Positions 25,471-37,105 of a stretch of DNA of 64,000 bases are shown piece by piece; the first letter of the stretch is position 1, and every line of letters starts with the position of its first letter. Under the pieces are notes generated by a model, which did not search any database, was not told where the DNA came from, and was given only the letters and a program-made list of their open reading frames with translations. Origin of the DNA: Vicugna vicugna (Eukaryota); the NCBI GenBank assembly GCA_013265495.1, contig MU058636.1, positions 5,987,741-6,051,740 of the forward strand, given 5' to 3'. The position numbers were made by a program, and so were the translations under genes.

Positions 25471-25689
25471 TACCCACTTTATGTTGACATTGGAGACATG
25501 CTATTTATCTGGCTTCATAACCTTATACCAGCTTAGTTTTCTAAAAAATTATTTTGAATGCCATAGCAGATTTGAAAATGTTTGAAATGATAAAATATCA
25601 CAAAATTGTAAGTTAACGCAAAATCCTCAGGTTAAAACGAGATTAAATTATTATTAGTATTGTCATTATTTCATTAATTATCAAGACAA

Positions 25690-26040
25690 ATACGTAGAAG
25701 TCATTTTTGAATCCTCTCCTTGTTTCACCCCCAGCATCCAGTTCATCACTGAGTCCCTTTAACTCTAATTCAGAATGCATCCCCTAGGTATTGGCATCTT
25801 TCATCTCCGCTGCTGTCACCCCAGGCTAAGCCGCCCCAACAGCCCTTCGTACGTCTCTCTCCGGGTGCTCTAGACCAGCACTGCTGTGCAGACCGCATTC
25901 AGAGAGGGCACTTCTGTTCACAGACAAATGCGGTTCTCCCCCATCCACCTTCTCTAGGCATCTGATCTGTCTTGCTCATCACCAGACTCAGAACAGTACC
26001 ACGCTCATGGAGGGCATCAACAAGGATTTTGTGAATAAAT
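25690..26040 (+). mobile_element. L2 fragment
   Basis: gtcatttttgaatcctctcc...catccagttcatcactgagtcc...ttgctcatcaccagactcagaacagtacc. Confidence 0.65.
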
Positions 26041-27003
26041 TATACACACTAATGTTTTCTAATAAAAATACTATGGGGCAGGCATTATTAGTGCATTGTA
26101 CAAATAAGGAATCTGAATATCTTTATGTAAACGAGTAGCCCTTCCCTAAGAGACTGGGGATTGGCTGGATCCAGTGCATTTTGGAGGAATTTCACGGAAG
26201 CAGAACTTTACTTAAAGAGGACAGTAAATCAAACAAATAGGGCTCTATTCTGTACTGGAGGGCAACTCCGCCATTCCTGACTTCTGTTTCTTTTGTATTT
26301 CATTGAAAATATTTACTGAATCTTCTCTTAAATACTTTTATCTTACTTTTCTTCTACTAAATTTCAGTGAGTGATGGATGGAATTTTTATTTTCTATAGA
26401 TATATGAGATAATTAATCAAAGTGTTCATTTTCAAAATTCTAAAGACCAGTATATTTCCCACTCTCTGTTTGCTATATCCTGAAGAGAAATCCAAATAGG
26501 CTATGTTAGGTGATTTTAAATGAAGAGATTTGTTTTGTTAGCCTTTAACCATGGGTGACATCTTATTATATTAGCAATTTTTATCTCCATCATTAGTGTT
26601 CTCACAGCAGCAACAATTTTCATTTGCAGTTACTTTCCATTGACGTTGTAGACATGGTTTTTATCATATCAGAGTGTATATTTAGAAACTAAACCAGCAT
26701 TAAAGCAGGGTTTTTCCTACTGGATGGCAGACTTTGTAACCATTATAAAATCTTAGAAAATCAAATATTTGTTGTCTGGGATCTCCAATTATTATTTCTA
26801 TCTCATCCAGATGATGTGCATAAACGATCATTAGGACATATGAATCAAAATCATTGCAACGTTAACTCAGTCAAGGCAGCGTAAGATCAAACTGAGTAGC
26901 TGATGTGGGAGATTAATGGGAAATGTGTGAGAAGTCATCCAGGTACGAGGCTATTCCCTGCCTTCACCCTCACCCCCCAGATGCTTAAGATGATAGCTTG
27001 AGG

Positions 27004-27747
27004 TTTTTTTTTTTTTTTCTTGTAAGTTTAATTGGGTCGCATTTGTTTATTTTTGCTTTCATTTCTATTGCCTTGGTAGACTGACCTAGGAAAACATTGC
27101 TATGATTTATATCAAAGAATGTTTTGCCTGTGTTATTTTCTGGGAGATTTATGGTGTTCTGTCTTACGTTTAAGTGTTTAAGCCATTTTGAGTTTATTTT
27201 TGTGTATGGCGTGAGGGAGTTGTTCTGACTTCATTGATCTACATGCAATTGTCCATCTTTCCCAACACCGCTTGCCAAGGAGACTGTCTTAACTCCATTG
27301 TATATTTTTGCCTCCTTTGTTGAAGATTAATTGACCATAGGTGTGTGGTTTTATTTCTGGGCTCTCAGTTTGATCCATATGTCTGTTTTTGTGCCAATAC
27401 CATGCTGTTTTAATTACTGTATCTTTAGAGTATTGTCTGAAGTCTGAGAGGGTTATGCCTCCAGCTTCGTTCTTTTTCTTCAGTATTGCTTTGGCAATTC
27501 TGAGTCTTTGGTTATTCCATGTAAATTTTAGGATTGTTTGTTCTATTTCTGTAAAACATGTCCTGGGTAATTTGATGAGAATCACATTAAATCTGTAGAT
27601 CACTTTGGGTAGGTAGTATGGCCATTTTAACATTTATTCTTCCAATCCAAGAGCATGGGATATCTTTCCATTTCTTTAATGATCTTTAATTTCCTTCATC
27701 AATGTTTTATAATTTTAGCATGTAAGTTTTTCACCTCCTTGGTCAGG
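27004..27747 (-). mobile_element. Relatively young L1 ORF2 fragment ending in a poly(A) tail inside ORF2
   Basis: ORF 27289-27633(-) reads [16 protein letters not shown]...[14 protein letters not shown]...[13 protein letters not shown] (L1 ORF2); T15 at 27004-27018. Confidence 0.92.
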
Positions 27748-27764
27748 AAGCTGTTGTCTGTTTA

Positions 27765-28330
27765 GATTTAAATTTAAAGTATAATTTAGCTACAGTGAAA
27801 TATGCTGATTTAAGAATGCAGTTTTATCCATTTGAAAAACGTCCATGCTCATGTAACCTACAAGACTATCAAGATATAGACTATTCCCAACTTCTTAGCA
27901 TAGTTGTGCCCCTTCCCAGATAGTCACAATCATTTCACCAAGCATGACTAATCTGATTTCTATCCCTATAGATTAGTGTTATCTACCTGGAACTTCATAT
28001 AGATGGAATCACGCATAGAGTATGTACCCTTTTAAGTGTGACTTCTTTCCCTCAGGATAATCTTTTTGAAATTTGCTGATATTCTTGTGTGTACTAGTAG
28101 TTCATTTTCACTGCTGAACAGTATTACATTGTATGAATATAACACAATTTATCCCATTGACTGGTATTTTAAAGATAAAGTAGCTAATGTTTTTCAGCAC
28201 AATCTTTAGACTTTTAGCTGTGCCTTCCTGGAAAGTGGAATCCTAAGGATTAAAAGTGTTTTTGAACTTAGTGAGCCTGATAATTGCTTGTAAGTTTCAC
28301 CTCATTTTGCAAATGTGTTTGTAGCCAATC
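27765..28330 (-). mobile_element. L1ME/MC 3' end
   Basis: aatctgatttctatccctatagattagtg...gaacttcatatagatggaatca; tagtagttcattttcactgctgaacagtattacattgtatgaatat. Confidence 0.75.
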
Positions 28331-28349
28331 ATCATTGCATTTCAAATTT

Positions 28350-28490
28350 GTAGGTCACTTTAGAGATCATACTGTTGGACTTGTTATTTTACTGATGAAA
28401 ATACTGATGCTTAGAAAGGTTCACTTAGTGGCAGAAGTAAAAATACAAATCATATTTCTCTCACCTCAATCTCTCTCCTCTATTACAAAC
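28350..28490 (-). mobile_element. MIR fragment
   Basis: attttactgatgaaaatactgatgcttagaaaggt. Confidence 0.5.
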
Positions 28491-28994
28491 TATTAAATTA
28501 TATTATTTTAAATTTACTCAGAGGATAGAACCAATGAATTTATTCCAAAAGTAAATGGAAAAAGTGATTATTTGTTTTAAATATAATGAAATAGAATTTT
28601 GTTTTATTAGAAAGCTCACTGAACCAATTTAAAACCTGATATCATTTTCAAATATATGTTTTCACACAATAGTCTGGGAATATATCCATTTTTAAAAATA
28701 AAATTGAAGTATTTACTATAAAATTCAGGAAATGTACTACTTACATATTAGGATTTTTCCCTGATCACTGTGGCTGAGTGTGATATTAACATAAGCATTT
28801 TCAAAGACAGGCTGCTCAAATATCGTCTCCTCTTTCAATAGCTGGTATTAGTATTTGCCCTGAGAAAAGAACTTTTTCTGAAAATCTGTGTTGCAGTGAG
28901 ATTAGGAGGAGTATGAATCAAATCTGACTTACTCTTCTTGTGCTGGTTTCAGGGGAATTGCAGTATTTTTGCGGAAGTCATCTTTGAGGGAAGT

Positions 28995-29186
28995 CAGTGA
29001 TGTGCTAGTAAATGTTTACCAAACTGATCTCTGGAAATAAAGGCTCTGATTTCTAGCATTTGCTCATTTCCATGGTGTAAATACTCCCACTACAGCCAAT
29101 TTCAAGCTACCAACATGATGTCAACTGGTTTGTAAAATCTCTGAAAATTTAACAATCAGCTTTCAGGAGACTCAGCACAGCACTTG
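28995..29186 (+). mobile_element. MER63A (hAT-Blackjack MITE)
   Basis: TIRs cagtgatgtgctag / tcagcacagcactt; core tttccatggtgtaaatactcccactacagccaatttcaagctaccaac. Confidence 0.85.
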
Positions 29187-29249
29187 CTGGAGGAAGCAGA
29201 GTGATTAGCTATTTTCAGCTCTCAACCTCTCAAGAGTGTAAGTTAAAAG

Positions 29250-29318
29250 CAAGAAAGAAGGAAGGAAGGACAGAAGGGAGGAAAACTAAAGGAAAGGGAA
29301 AAGAAAAGAAAGGAAAAC
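29250..29318. repeat. GA-rich low-complexity tract
   Basis: Direct reading. Confidence 0.8.
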
Positions 29319-29399
29319 TTTAACAGAACTTAGTTAAATTTCCTCAAAGTTTGATCAGGAAAGCCGTTTTTAGAAATCTATTAAGCATTAAACAAGTTT

Positions 29400-29822
29400 C
29401 CCTCATGACCTCAGCTAGGAGGGCCCAAGCGGCTGGGGGCTGAGACTGCTGAGGCTGGAGGATCTACTTCCAAGATGCCTTTTCATTTACATATCTGGCC
29501 TTTGGGCTAGGATGGCTGAAGATGGGCTTGGCAGGAACTCTGAGACTGTCAACCAGCTGCATGTTACTTCTTTACATGGTGGGAGCTTCTCATGGCCTGG
29601 CAACTGAGATCCCAAAAGAAATACTTTGAGGGAGATCCTCGTGAGAGTGAATGTTCCAAGATGATCAGGCAGAAGTGGCATGGTGTCAATCACATGGGTC
29701 TCTTCCACAGTACTCTGTTGATCAAAACAGTCCCAGGCTCACTCACGTTCAAGGGAAGGTGCAGAGACTTCACTTTCAATGGGAGAAGCTTCAAATAATT
29801 TGCAGCCATTTTTTAAACTTCT
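29400..29822 (-). mobile_element. MLT1F/G/H-like MaLR LTR
   Basis: ggctggaggatctacttccaagatg; cttccacagtactctgttgatcaaaacagtc; atttgcagccattttttaa. Confidence 0.75.
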
Positions 29823-30265
29823 GTGAATAGTGAACATATGAATAGTGTGTCAGAATTAGATGGTCTATCACTTGTTTACAGAAAGTTTATGGGAGAAAAT
29901 AGATGGTTTTTGCACGAGTTGAGTGGAATAGCCTACACAGCAATAACAGGACATTCAGTGCATAGAGAAGTGCTGAAGTGAAGCTTCTCTCATCAAGAAC
30001 AGAGGTGGTCAGTGAAGACAGTCATAATGTAGTGGGGAGAGAAATGGGGCTGGGTGGCCTGAGAAAGACCACTAAAGAATCACGAACTGGGAACTGGTTT
30101 TCTACATTGACTAGCAGCATGGTGTGTCCCTGAGTGATCATGGCTGTGCTTCTTATTACAGGGCCAGACAACAGAGGTTAGCGGGAGGACAGCTGACTTT
30201 AGGAGGCTGGACAAAATACATAGTTTTCTTATAGATACAGCCAGCACTGATGTGTTCATCAGGTT

Positions 30266-31193
30266 TGTGGTAGGCAGAATAATGCTCCTCCCCACCACTC
30301 AAATGTCCGCGTCCTAGTACCCGGAACCTGTGGCTATGTTAGGTTACATGACAGGAGACTTAAAGTTGCAGATGGAATTAAGTTGGCTATATTGGGCTGA
30401 ATAGTGTCCTCTGGCCCCCCAAATTCATGTCCACCTGGAACCTATGAACATGACCTTGTTTGAAAATAGGATCTTTGTAGGTGTAATCATATTTACGTGA
30501 AGTCATAATGGATTAGGGTGGGCACTAAATCTAATATGACTGGTATCCTTATAAGAAGAAGGAAATTTGGACAGAGAAACACACTCGAATGGAGAATGCT
30601 GTGTGAAGGTGGAGAGGACTGAAGTGATGCATCTACAAGCACAGAATGCCAGGGATTGCCCTCAACCACCAGAAGCTGGGAAGCAGCAAGGACAAATCCT
30701 CCTTCAGAGTCTTCAGAGAAAGATGGCCCTGCTGATCCTTCGATTTTGGACTTCTGGTCTCCAGAAAAATGATAGAAGGCAGTTATGCTGTTCTAAACTA
30801 CCCAGTTTGTAGCCATTTGTTATGGCAGCCCTAGGGAACAAATATATTTTCTAATCAGTCCAATGTAATGATGAGTCCTTGTAAGTGGAAGAGGGAGGCA
30901 GAATTAAAAATCAGAGAGATGGCAGCATGAGAAGGGCTTGGCTTGATGTTGCTGGCTCGCAAAATGGAGGCAGGAGCTGTGAGCCAACAAATACGGGCAC
31001 TCTCTAGAAGCTGGAAAAGGTGAGGAAATGGATGCTCCAGAGGGAACACCGCCCTGCTTACTCCTCGACTTTAGCCCAGTGAGATGCATTCCAGACTTCT
31101 GACCCCCAGAACTTTAAGATAGTTCTGCTATCTGCTAGTTTAAGCCACTGAGTTTATGGTAATTTGTTACAGCCACAATAGGTAACTCATATA
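30266..31193 (+). mobile_element. MLT1D LTR, split by a nested MLT1C
   Basis: tgtggtaggcagaataatg start through gcagatggaattaagttggc; resumes at taatcag (about 30852) to gtaatttgttacagccacaataggtaactcatata. Confidence 0.8.
30389..30846 (+). mobile_element. MLT1C LTR nested in MLT1D
   Basis: gggctgaatagtgtcc...aaattcatgtccacctggaacc...tttgttatggcagccctagggaacaaatata. Confidence 0.85.
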
Positions 31194-31314
31194 AGGTTAC
31201 TTGGTACTTCGGCTCTAAGGAAATGACCGGGTTGGTGTTGGTGGGAAGAGGCTTGCCAACAGCCCCCACTGGGGAGTGGGGCCAGGGAAGGATGTAAGGT
31301 AGGCAATCTGGACA

Positions 31315-31696
31315 CTACTTTTTGGTCAGAATCCAAAATTTGTCTGTTGGGGTCCTAATCCCCAGTCTTTCAGAATGTGACTGTATTCAGAATAGGGCCA
31401 TTAAAGAGGTAATTCAGATAAAATGAGGTCACGTGAATGAGCCATAATGCAACATGACTGACGTCATTAGAAGAGGAGAACACACAGAGAGGAAAGGCTG
31501 TGTGAAGGCAGAGGGAGAAAGCTGTCATCTGCAAACCAAGGAAAGAGGTCTCAGAAGGAGCCAACCTGCTGATGTCTTGATCTTAGACACAGCCTCCAGA
31601 TTTGTGAGAAAATTAATTTCTGTTGCTTAAGTCACCTGGTCTAGTGGTCCCCGTCTAGAGTACTTTATCATGGCAGTTCCAGTGAACCACCATACG
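31315..31696 (+). mobile_element. MLT1A/B LTR
   Basis: gtcctaatccccagtc...cagaatgtgactgtattcagaataggg...agcctccagatttgtgagaaaattaatttctgttgcttaagtcacc. Confidence 0.8.
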
Positions 31697-32169
31697 CCCC
31701 GCACCCTTCACTTCCCTCATTTTCTAGGTTAGGACACTGACATTCAGAGTAAGAAAGATAAATGGCTCACAGAACGAGTGGCCTGTGGGGCTGGAATCCG
31801 CAGCACTTGTTGGTGATTCAGGGGACTAATGAGCCCTCGGGGGCTCTGCGCACAGTTTTAGGTAAGGTTTTACAGTGTGGCGGCCTGTCTTTGAATCCCT
31901 TCACATCTGAACATTCAGAACTCAGTGTGTTTATGTTTTCAGTCATTTCCCCCATGATGAATAAAGCCCAACTGGTTTGGAAAGAGAAAAAAAACAAAAA
32001 CAAAAAAACCTAACTGAAAGCTCAAATGGTCAAGTGGTCACAAAATGTGAACCTGAAAAAGAAAATGTTCATTGAGCACAAGTCAGATGTGATTTTCTTC
32101 AAGATTACATGTTATAGTAGATTCCACTGAAAAAAAAAAATACACTTCTCACATATATTGCTAATCTGT

Positions 32170-32780
32170 TTTTAAAAATTCATTTACTAAAGATGACAGG
32201 ATGCAGGAGAATAGGCCAATTAATGGTAAAGGTGTCTGTACAGTATGATAATTCAGTGTAACTCAAAGTAATTGCTTCGTGTAGTTAACCTGAAGCAAGG
32301 CCATTAGTCACAAGAAACCTGGACAGTGGACTTGACTGGAAACCACTTTCTTACTCTGTTCTCTCATCCTGATACATGGTGAGCTGTGGATATATTTATA
32401 TATTTAATCTAGTTACAAATAGAAATTAAAAATAGATATTGCTAAATAAATTACTCCATTGCAAATTAATGGAGATTGGGTTTTTTTCTTCTTAATTTAT
32501 TCAAATAAAATACTCTCAGCCTCAGGTCTTCCATGAAGGAATAAAGGTTGCTTTCCATCCTGAGTGGAAAGGGAGAATCCTAAACAGATTGTAAATTATT
32601 TAAGTTGGTCACTTTGCTCTAATACATTCTAAGTAGCTCTTTAAATCATTAATGAGGGTGTCAGATTCTGCAATCTGGTGGCAAATTAAAAAAAAGAAAT
32701 CTATGCTGCCTTTAATTACTTAAAAAAAAATAATACACCCTGATCTTATTAAAATCAGATCGTAACCTAGAGCAAGAAAG
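32170..32780. promoter_or_regulatory. Candidate conserved non-coding element rich in homeodomain motifs
   Basis: Repeat-free block with many TAAT/ATTA cores, TGACAG/TGTCA, MEF2-type TTAAAAATAG, inverted repeat CTCCATT-N7-AATGGAG. Confidence 0.4.
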
Positions 32781-32879
32781 AAGATTGAGTTTTACGCTAC
32801 CTGAAGTTCCAAAACTTTAACCCATAATATACTGGCTCATGTACTGTCTCTGATGCCTCTTTTGTTCCTGTAACTTCCT

Positions 32880-33235
32880 ACGTTATTTCTGTCAGTCCTG
32901 ATAGCAGAGCTGTTGGTAGGTTGTTATCCCTCCTTTACAGATGAGGAAGCTTATTCAAAGATTTAAATAACTTGCTCAGCTTATGTGTCTCTGAACTGAG
33001 ATTCATTCTTTGGTCTATTTGATGCCAAAGCCCTTGCACTTTCCACTATTTCGTGCTGAATCTTATTTCATTGTTTACCAAGTGCTTTCAAAAGTATTAT
33101 TTTAGTTGAGGCTCCAAAAGTCCTATGAGGTAATTCCCTATTTTATGGTTGAGAAAGCTGAGCATTCTAGCATCTGACCCCAAATAATACAATTGGAAAT
33201 GGCCTTTGAATGTTTTCTGCTCTCTACAAAGCCAT
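32880..33235 (-). mobile_element. Two MIR fragments
   Basis: tttacagatgaggaagct...aataacttgctcag; attttatggttgagaaagctgag. Confidence 0.6.
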
Positions 33236-33268
33236 GCACACATGTATATCCACACACTCCTACACACG

Positions 33269-33795
33269 TGTGGAAGAGGAAAAAATTATTCCTTCTAGCC
33301 TTCTAGGTTCTTGACTGAGGCCTCAGTTACAAAATACAGATTAATGAGAAAAAAAAATATATTAGGTTGTGTATTTCATTTATGCATGGAAGAAACTCAA
33401 GGGTGAGTAAACTCAAAGAGGTGGCTAGAACTTGAGCTTAAATACCATCTTCAGCTAAAACAAAGGAAGACAGTTGTAGGGGAAGCAAATTATGGGAAAG
33501 TGACCAGGAAAAGTAGGGTAAACAACTGTAAGGTTTGTTATGCAGGTTTAATCCACGCCTTTCTCCATTGGTAAGATTCCTCTGTGATTTAGTCATCCTT
33601 TTCTTCCTGGTACAGAGAGGAAGACATTTTTACAAATGAGATTGCCTTTCTAAAGGCAAATTTCCTTTACAGAAATGTAACTTATGCTCTACTTTTAGTG
33701 CTTCTCTTGTGTTTGCTATCTCTTAAAATAATCTGCTCCAAATAATCCTTATTCCTAAGAGGCGTATTTGGGTTGACACGCTCTGGTCTCCTACA
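33269..33795 (-). mobile_element. MER34-like ERV1 solo LTR
   Basis: TG...CA termini; minus-strand start tgtaggagaccagagcgtgtcaacccaaatacgcctcttaggaataaggattatttggagc; 4-bp TSD CACG/CATG (one CpG-type change). Confidence 0.85.
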
Positions 33796-34077
33796 CATGC
33801 GAGTACACGTGAGCCGCCTTCACCCCTAGTCCTGCCTCCCTCTCGGAGACAAGGAGTGAAGGAGCCTGGAAGCCTATGGTGAGGAAAGAGTTGGAAACAG
33901 TCTAGTACTTCACCGCCAAAACCACTTGTTTGCAAATCATTTCATTAGTCATGAAGGATATGATAGAAATACTCACTAGTTTCTGTTACTTCATAGAAAA
34001 AGTACATGTGTATATACTGAGTTGATTGAAATTTCAGAGCTTTCTCTTTATTCATCATCTTCACTGTCCGTGGGGGT

Positions 34078-34275
34078 TAAGGCCACCAGATAAAATTCAG
34101 GACACTGTTAAATTTGAATTTCAGATAAACAAGTTTTTTTTTTTAATATAAGTATATCCTAAATATTGCCTGGGATATGCTTAATACTAAAAAGTAAATA
34201 AATAAGTTGTTTATCTGAAATTCAAATTTAATTGGATATATTGTAATTTTTATTGGCTAAATCTGGCAGCCATTA
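34078..34275 (+). mobile_element. MER53 (hAT MITE), full length
   Basis: ccagataaaattcaggacactgttaaatttgaatttcagataaacaa...ttgtttatctgaaattcaaatttaa...ctaaatctggcagcc; long internal inverted repeat. Confidence 0.9.
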
Positions 34276-34624
34276 AAGGAGGAGGTAAGAGTGTGCTTGG
34301 AGGAGAGACAAGGTGACGAGGGGTCTAAGGAGTCTGTAAGCCACTGATCAAAATGTCAAGAACCTTCTTCCTTCTTAACAAGAAGAGCCGAGCCCCACTT
34401 AGCACTTGCCACCTCTTATCTGGCAGATCGTATGATTTCCCTTGTGTTTGGATTCTGCTGTAATTCTCATGGAAAGCAGCGAGTATAGTTCTATATAGCT
34501 ACAGAAGAAAAGGAGGATAGAATATTTTATATAAAAAACCAAACACACACAGATATAATTCACATTACTGGAGAGATGACAGAATTTCTAATACCACCAA
34601 AATTAGTCAATCTTAATTCTCTAG

Positions 34625-34805
34625 ATCACTGATTTTCAAGCCCTATCCAGCATCAGAATCAGCTTGATAAAACATAATTGTTGGGATCCATCCCTAGCAT
34701 TTCTGTATCAGTAGTGTTGCGGAGAGGGGTGAGCATTTGTTTTTCAAATGAGTTTGTGTATGAACCTGTCGTTGCTGGTCCAGGGAACACAATATGGAAA
34801 TTAAA
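34625..34805. mobile_element. MER5A (hAT-Charlie)
   Basis: gcatcagaatcagcttg...tttctgtatcagtag...gcatttgtttttcaaa...tgctggtccagggaacaca. Confidence 0.7.
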
Positions 34806-35569
34806 CTTCCTCCAGTAGTGATGAGGTCACCAGGAGCTAACTGAGTTTGACTGGTGTTCTGGTTAGGCGCTAAGGCAGGGACTCCTAACACCTAACCCAG
34901 ACTTCTTTTACTGTTAGTAGGCTGCGGTGTCATAAATCACAAAAGAAAAGCTAACTTTGCACCTTGCCTATTCTTAAATTCTGAGCCAAGGAAAAGGTAT
35001 GCCTACTGGTGAGCACACGTTCATTCGTTATCCCTCATTATCACATGAGGCTGTGCTTACCATGCAGGCCAAGCCGAATATCAGCCAGGAGACGCTATCC
35101 AGAACATCCGAATCCTGTAAGCCTAGACTCTCTAAACAGTTGTGTTAAGAAACACGAGAATACTTCCTAGAATTAATTTTTCCACAAACATTCTTTCCTG
35201 TTTTCACGGTAAATCTCCTGTTGAAGTGGCCAGCTCATAATTAACCTTTTGGAGGTGGCATGTTTTGATGGCAAAGTTGGAGCTAACGATGCTCTTGACA
35301 TTTTCCTATACCTCTTCTGTCCCTCTCTCTTCCTCCTTCTCCTTTTTCCCCCTGACATTTTATTGCTTTACAAGAAAACATATGCCAAGAGAATATGGTA
35401 AGGGACCATGTCACAGAAGTGTGCTTGTGTTGTAGTTCCAAAACACAGTCTTAGATCTAGCAAGTTAAAGCACTAACATGAATGGGACATCTTTAAGCAA
35501 TTTACATATGTGAATTTTCCAGATAAAAGAAGGTTGTGTTTTAAGCATCAATTTCCCTTCCTCTTCTGA

Positions 35570-35760
35570 AAATATAAACTTAAAAACAGATTGTATACTA
35601 TTTTTCAGACAAATGCCTTCTATTTTTAAAAATATAAGTATGTCCCAAATATTGGATAGTACATACTTATACACTAGAAAAAAAAATGTGCTGTTTATAT
35701 GAAATTCAGATTTAACAGGGCATTCTGCATTTTTATTTGCTAAATCTGCCCCAACCCCAA
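35570..35760 (+). mobile_element. MER53 (second copy)
   Basis: tataagtatgtcccaaatattg...catacttatac...gaaattcagatttaacagggcattctgcatttttatttgctaaatctg. Confidence 0.85.
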
Positions 35761-36094
35761 ATCATATTAACTGTTTTCTGTCTCCTCTACCAAGCTTACT
35801 CCTAAGGGAAGATTTGTGAAGTTATTCAAAGGGAGGCATAAAATGATAGATGGTATTATTGACATCATATTATCTTCATTTAATTAAAGCAGAATGTTAC
35901 AGAGGAGAATTTATCAACAGTGTTGGCCAGGGGTCCTGGGGGCACAAGTGACTTCTTTGAAGTCCTACCATGAGAAGCTTCAGTATCTCAGCATTAAACC
36001 TGGCTCAGGGACTGCAGATTAGAAACCTTGGCTTTCTTTTGGCTTGGCTGCTAGGAGACTGTGGGTCTAGAATGTGCCACTTAACCTCCTTGTC

Positions 36095-37105
36095 ACAGTT
36101 GTCTACTGCCACCTACCAAAACACCCAAAACCTAATAGCTTAAAACAACAACCATTTTATTATGTTCCAAAATTTCATGAGTTAAGAAATTCAGGCATGT
36201 GTTTGCCGGGTTATTCTTCTCCATGTGGAGTCAAATGAGGTCACTGGTATTGGCAGCTGCTCTGGTCTAGAGTTCCAAGTCTGATACCTATGAGCTAGCA
36301 TTGCTCTCTCTACACCTGGCTTGTCCACCTGGCTAGGTTGAACTTCCTCACAGCAGGATGGTGTCAGGACAGCTGGACTTCTAACATGGAGGCTCAGGCT
36401 CCAAGAACGAGTGTTTTGTCAAGGAGGAAAAAACTTTTCCTCTATTGTCTTAGGTTCAATTTCTGGGAGTCTGCAAATTAAACTGACAAAAGACAGATTA
36501 GCAGGACAAAAGGGTTTGTACACACAGGAGCCAATGAAAGAAGTAACTGGCTGGTTAAATGATTAAAGTTAGAGGCTTATATATCTAAGGGAGGGAAAAG
36601 AAAGAGTGAAAGAGGCTCTTATGGGAAGAACAAATGGGTTTCTTTAGGAAAGACAGATGGGTTTTTAGCAGAACAAATGGAAGACAAGAAAGTTTATGAT
36701 AGTGCTCCTCTCTGCAAGTATGACTTGGTCTTCCTCAAGGCCAGAAAACTCCCTACAGAGAAGGGCTGTGTGGCACTTTTACTCTAGGTCTCTCTCCTGG
36801 GAGTAAAAGACTCCTCAAGGAAAGAATTATGTCAGTCCTCATTTCTCAGAAGTTTCTACTTTTAGTCAAATAAGGGAAATTTGGAGAAGATGTCTTTCTA
36901 CATCTGTTGAATCTCAAATGTCTTAGGCTTAAAATAATTTTCAGACCAACTCTGGGGCTCCAGGTGAATCCTTACAGCTTCTAAGAGATCAAGACAGAAG
37001 GAACAGTACTTTTTCCCAGTTAGCCTCACCAGGCACGCAGCCTCCGTTCTGCCGTGCTCCGCTCGTGGCAGCGAGCCTCAGGACCAGCCCAGGATCTGAG
37101 GAGCT
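36095..37105 (-). mobile_element. MLT1F/G-like LTR split by an ERV1 LTR; itself inserted in a MIR (about 36010-36095 and 37130-37230)
   Basis: acccaaaacctaatagcttaaaacaacaaccattttatt; ggctccaagaacgagtgtt continues at ctaagagatcaag after the insert. Confidence 0.7.
36417..36976 (-). mobile_element. ERV1 solo LTR (MER34-related)
   Basis: TG...CA termini; TSD GTTT/GCTT; minus-strand attattttaagcctaagacatttgagattcaacagatg. Confidence 0.8.

Noticed and set aside
27289..27633. 114-aa ORF as a host gene
   Set aside because: It is an L1 ORF2 fragment with disruptions on both sides
34100..34235. Long hairpin (taaatttgaatttcagataaacaa / ttgtttatctgaaattcaaattta) as a novel ncRNA
   Set aside because: It is the intrinsic inverted repeat of MER53
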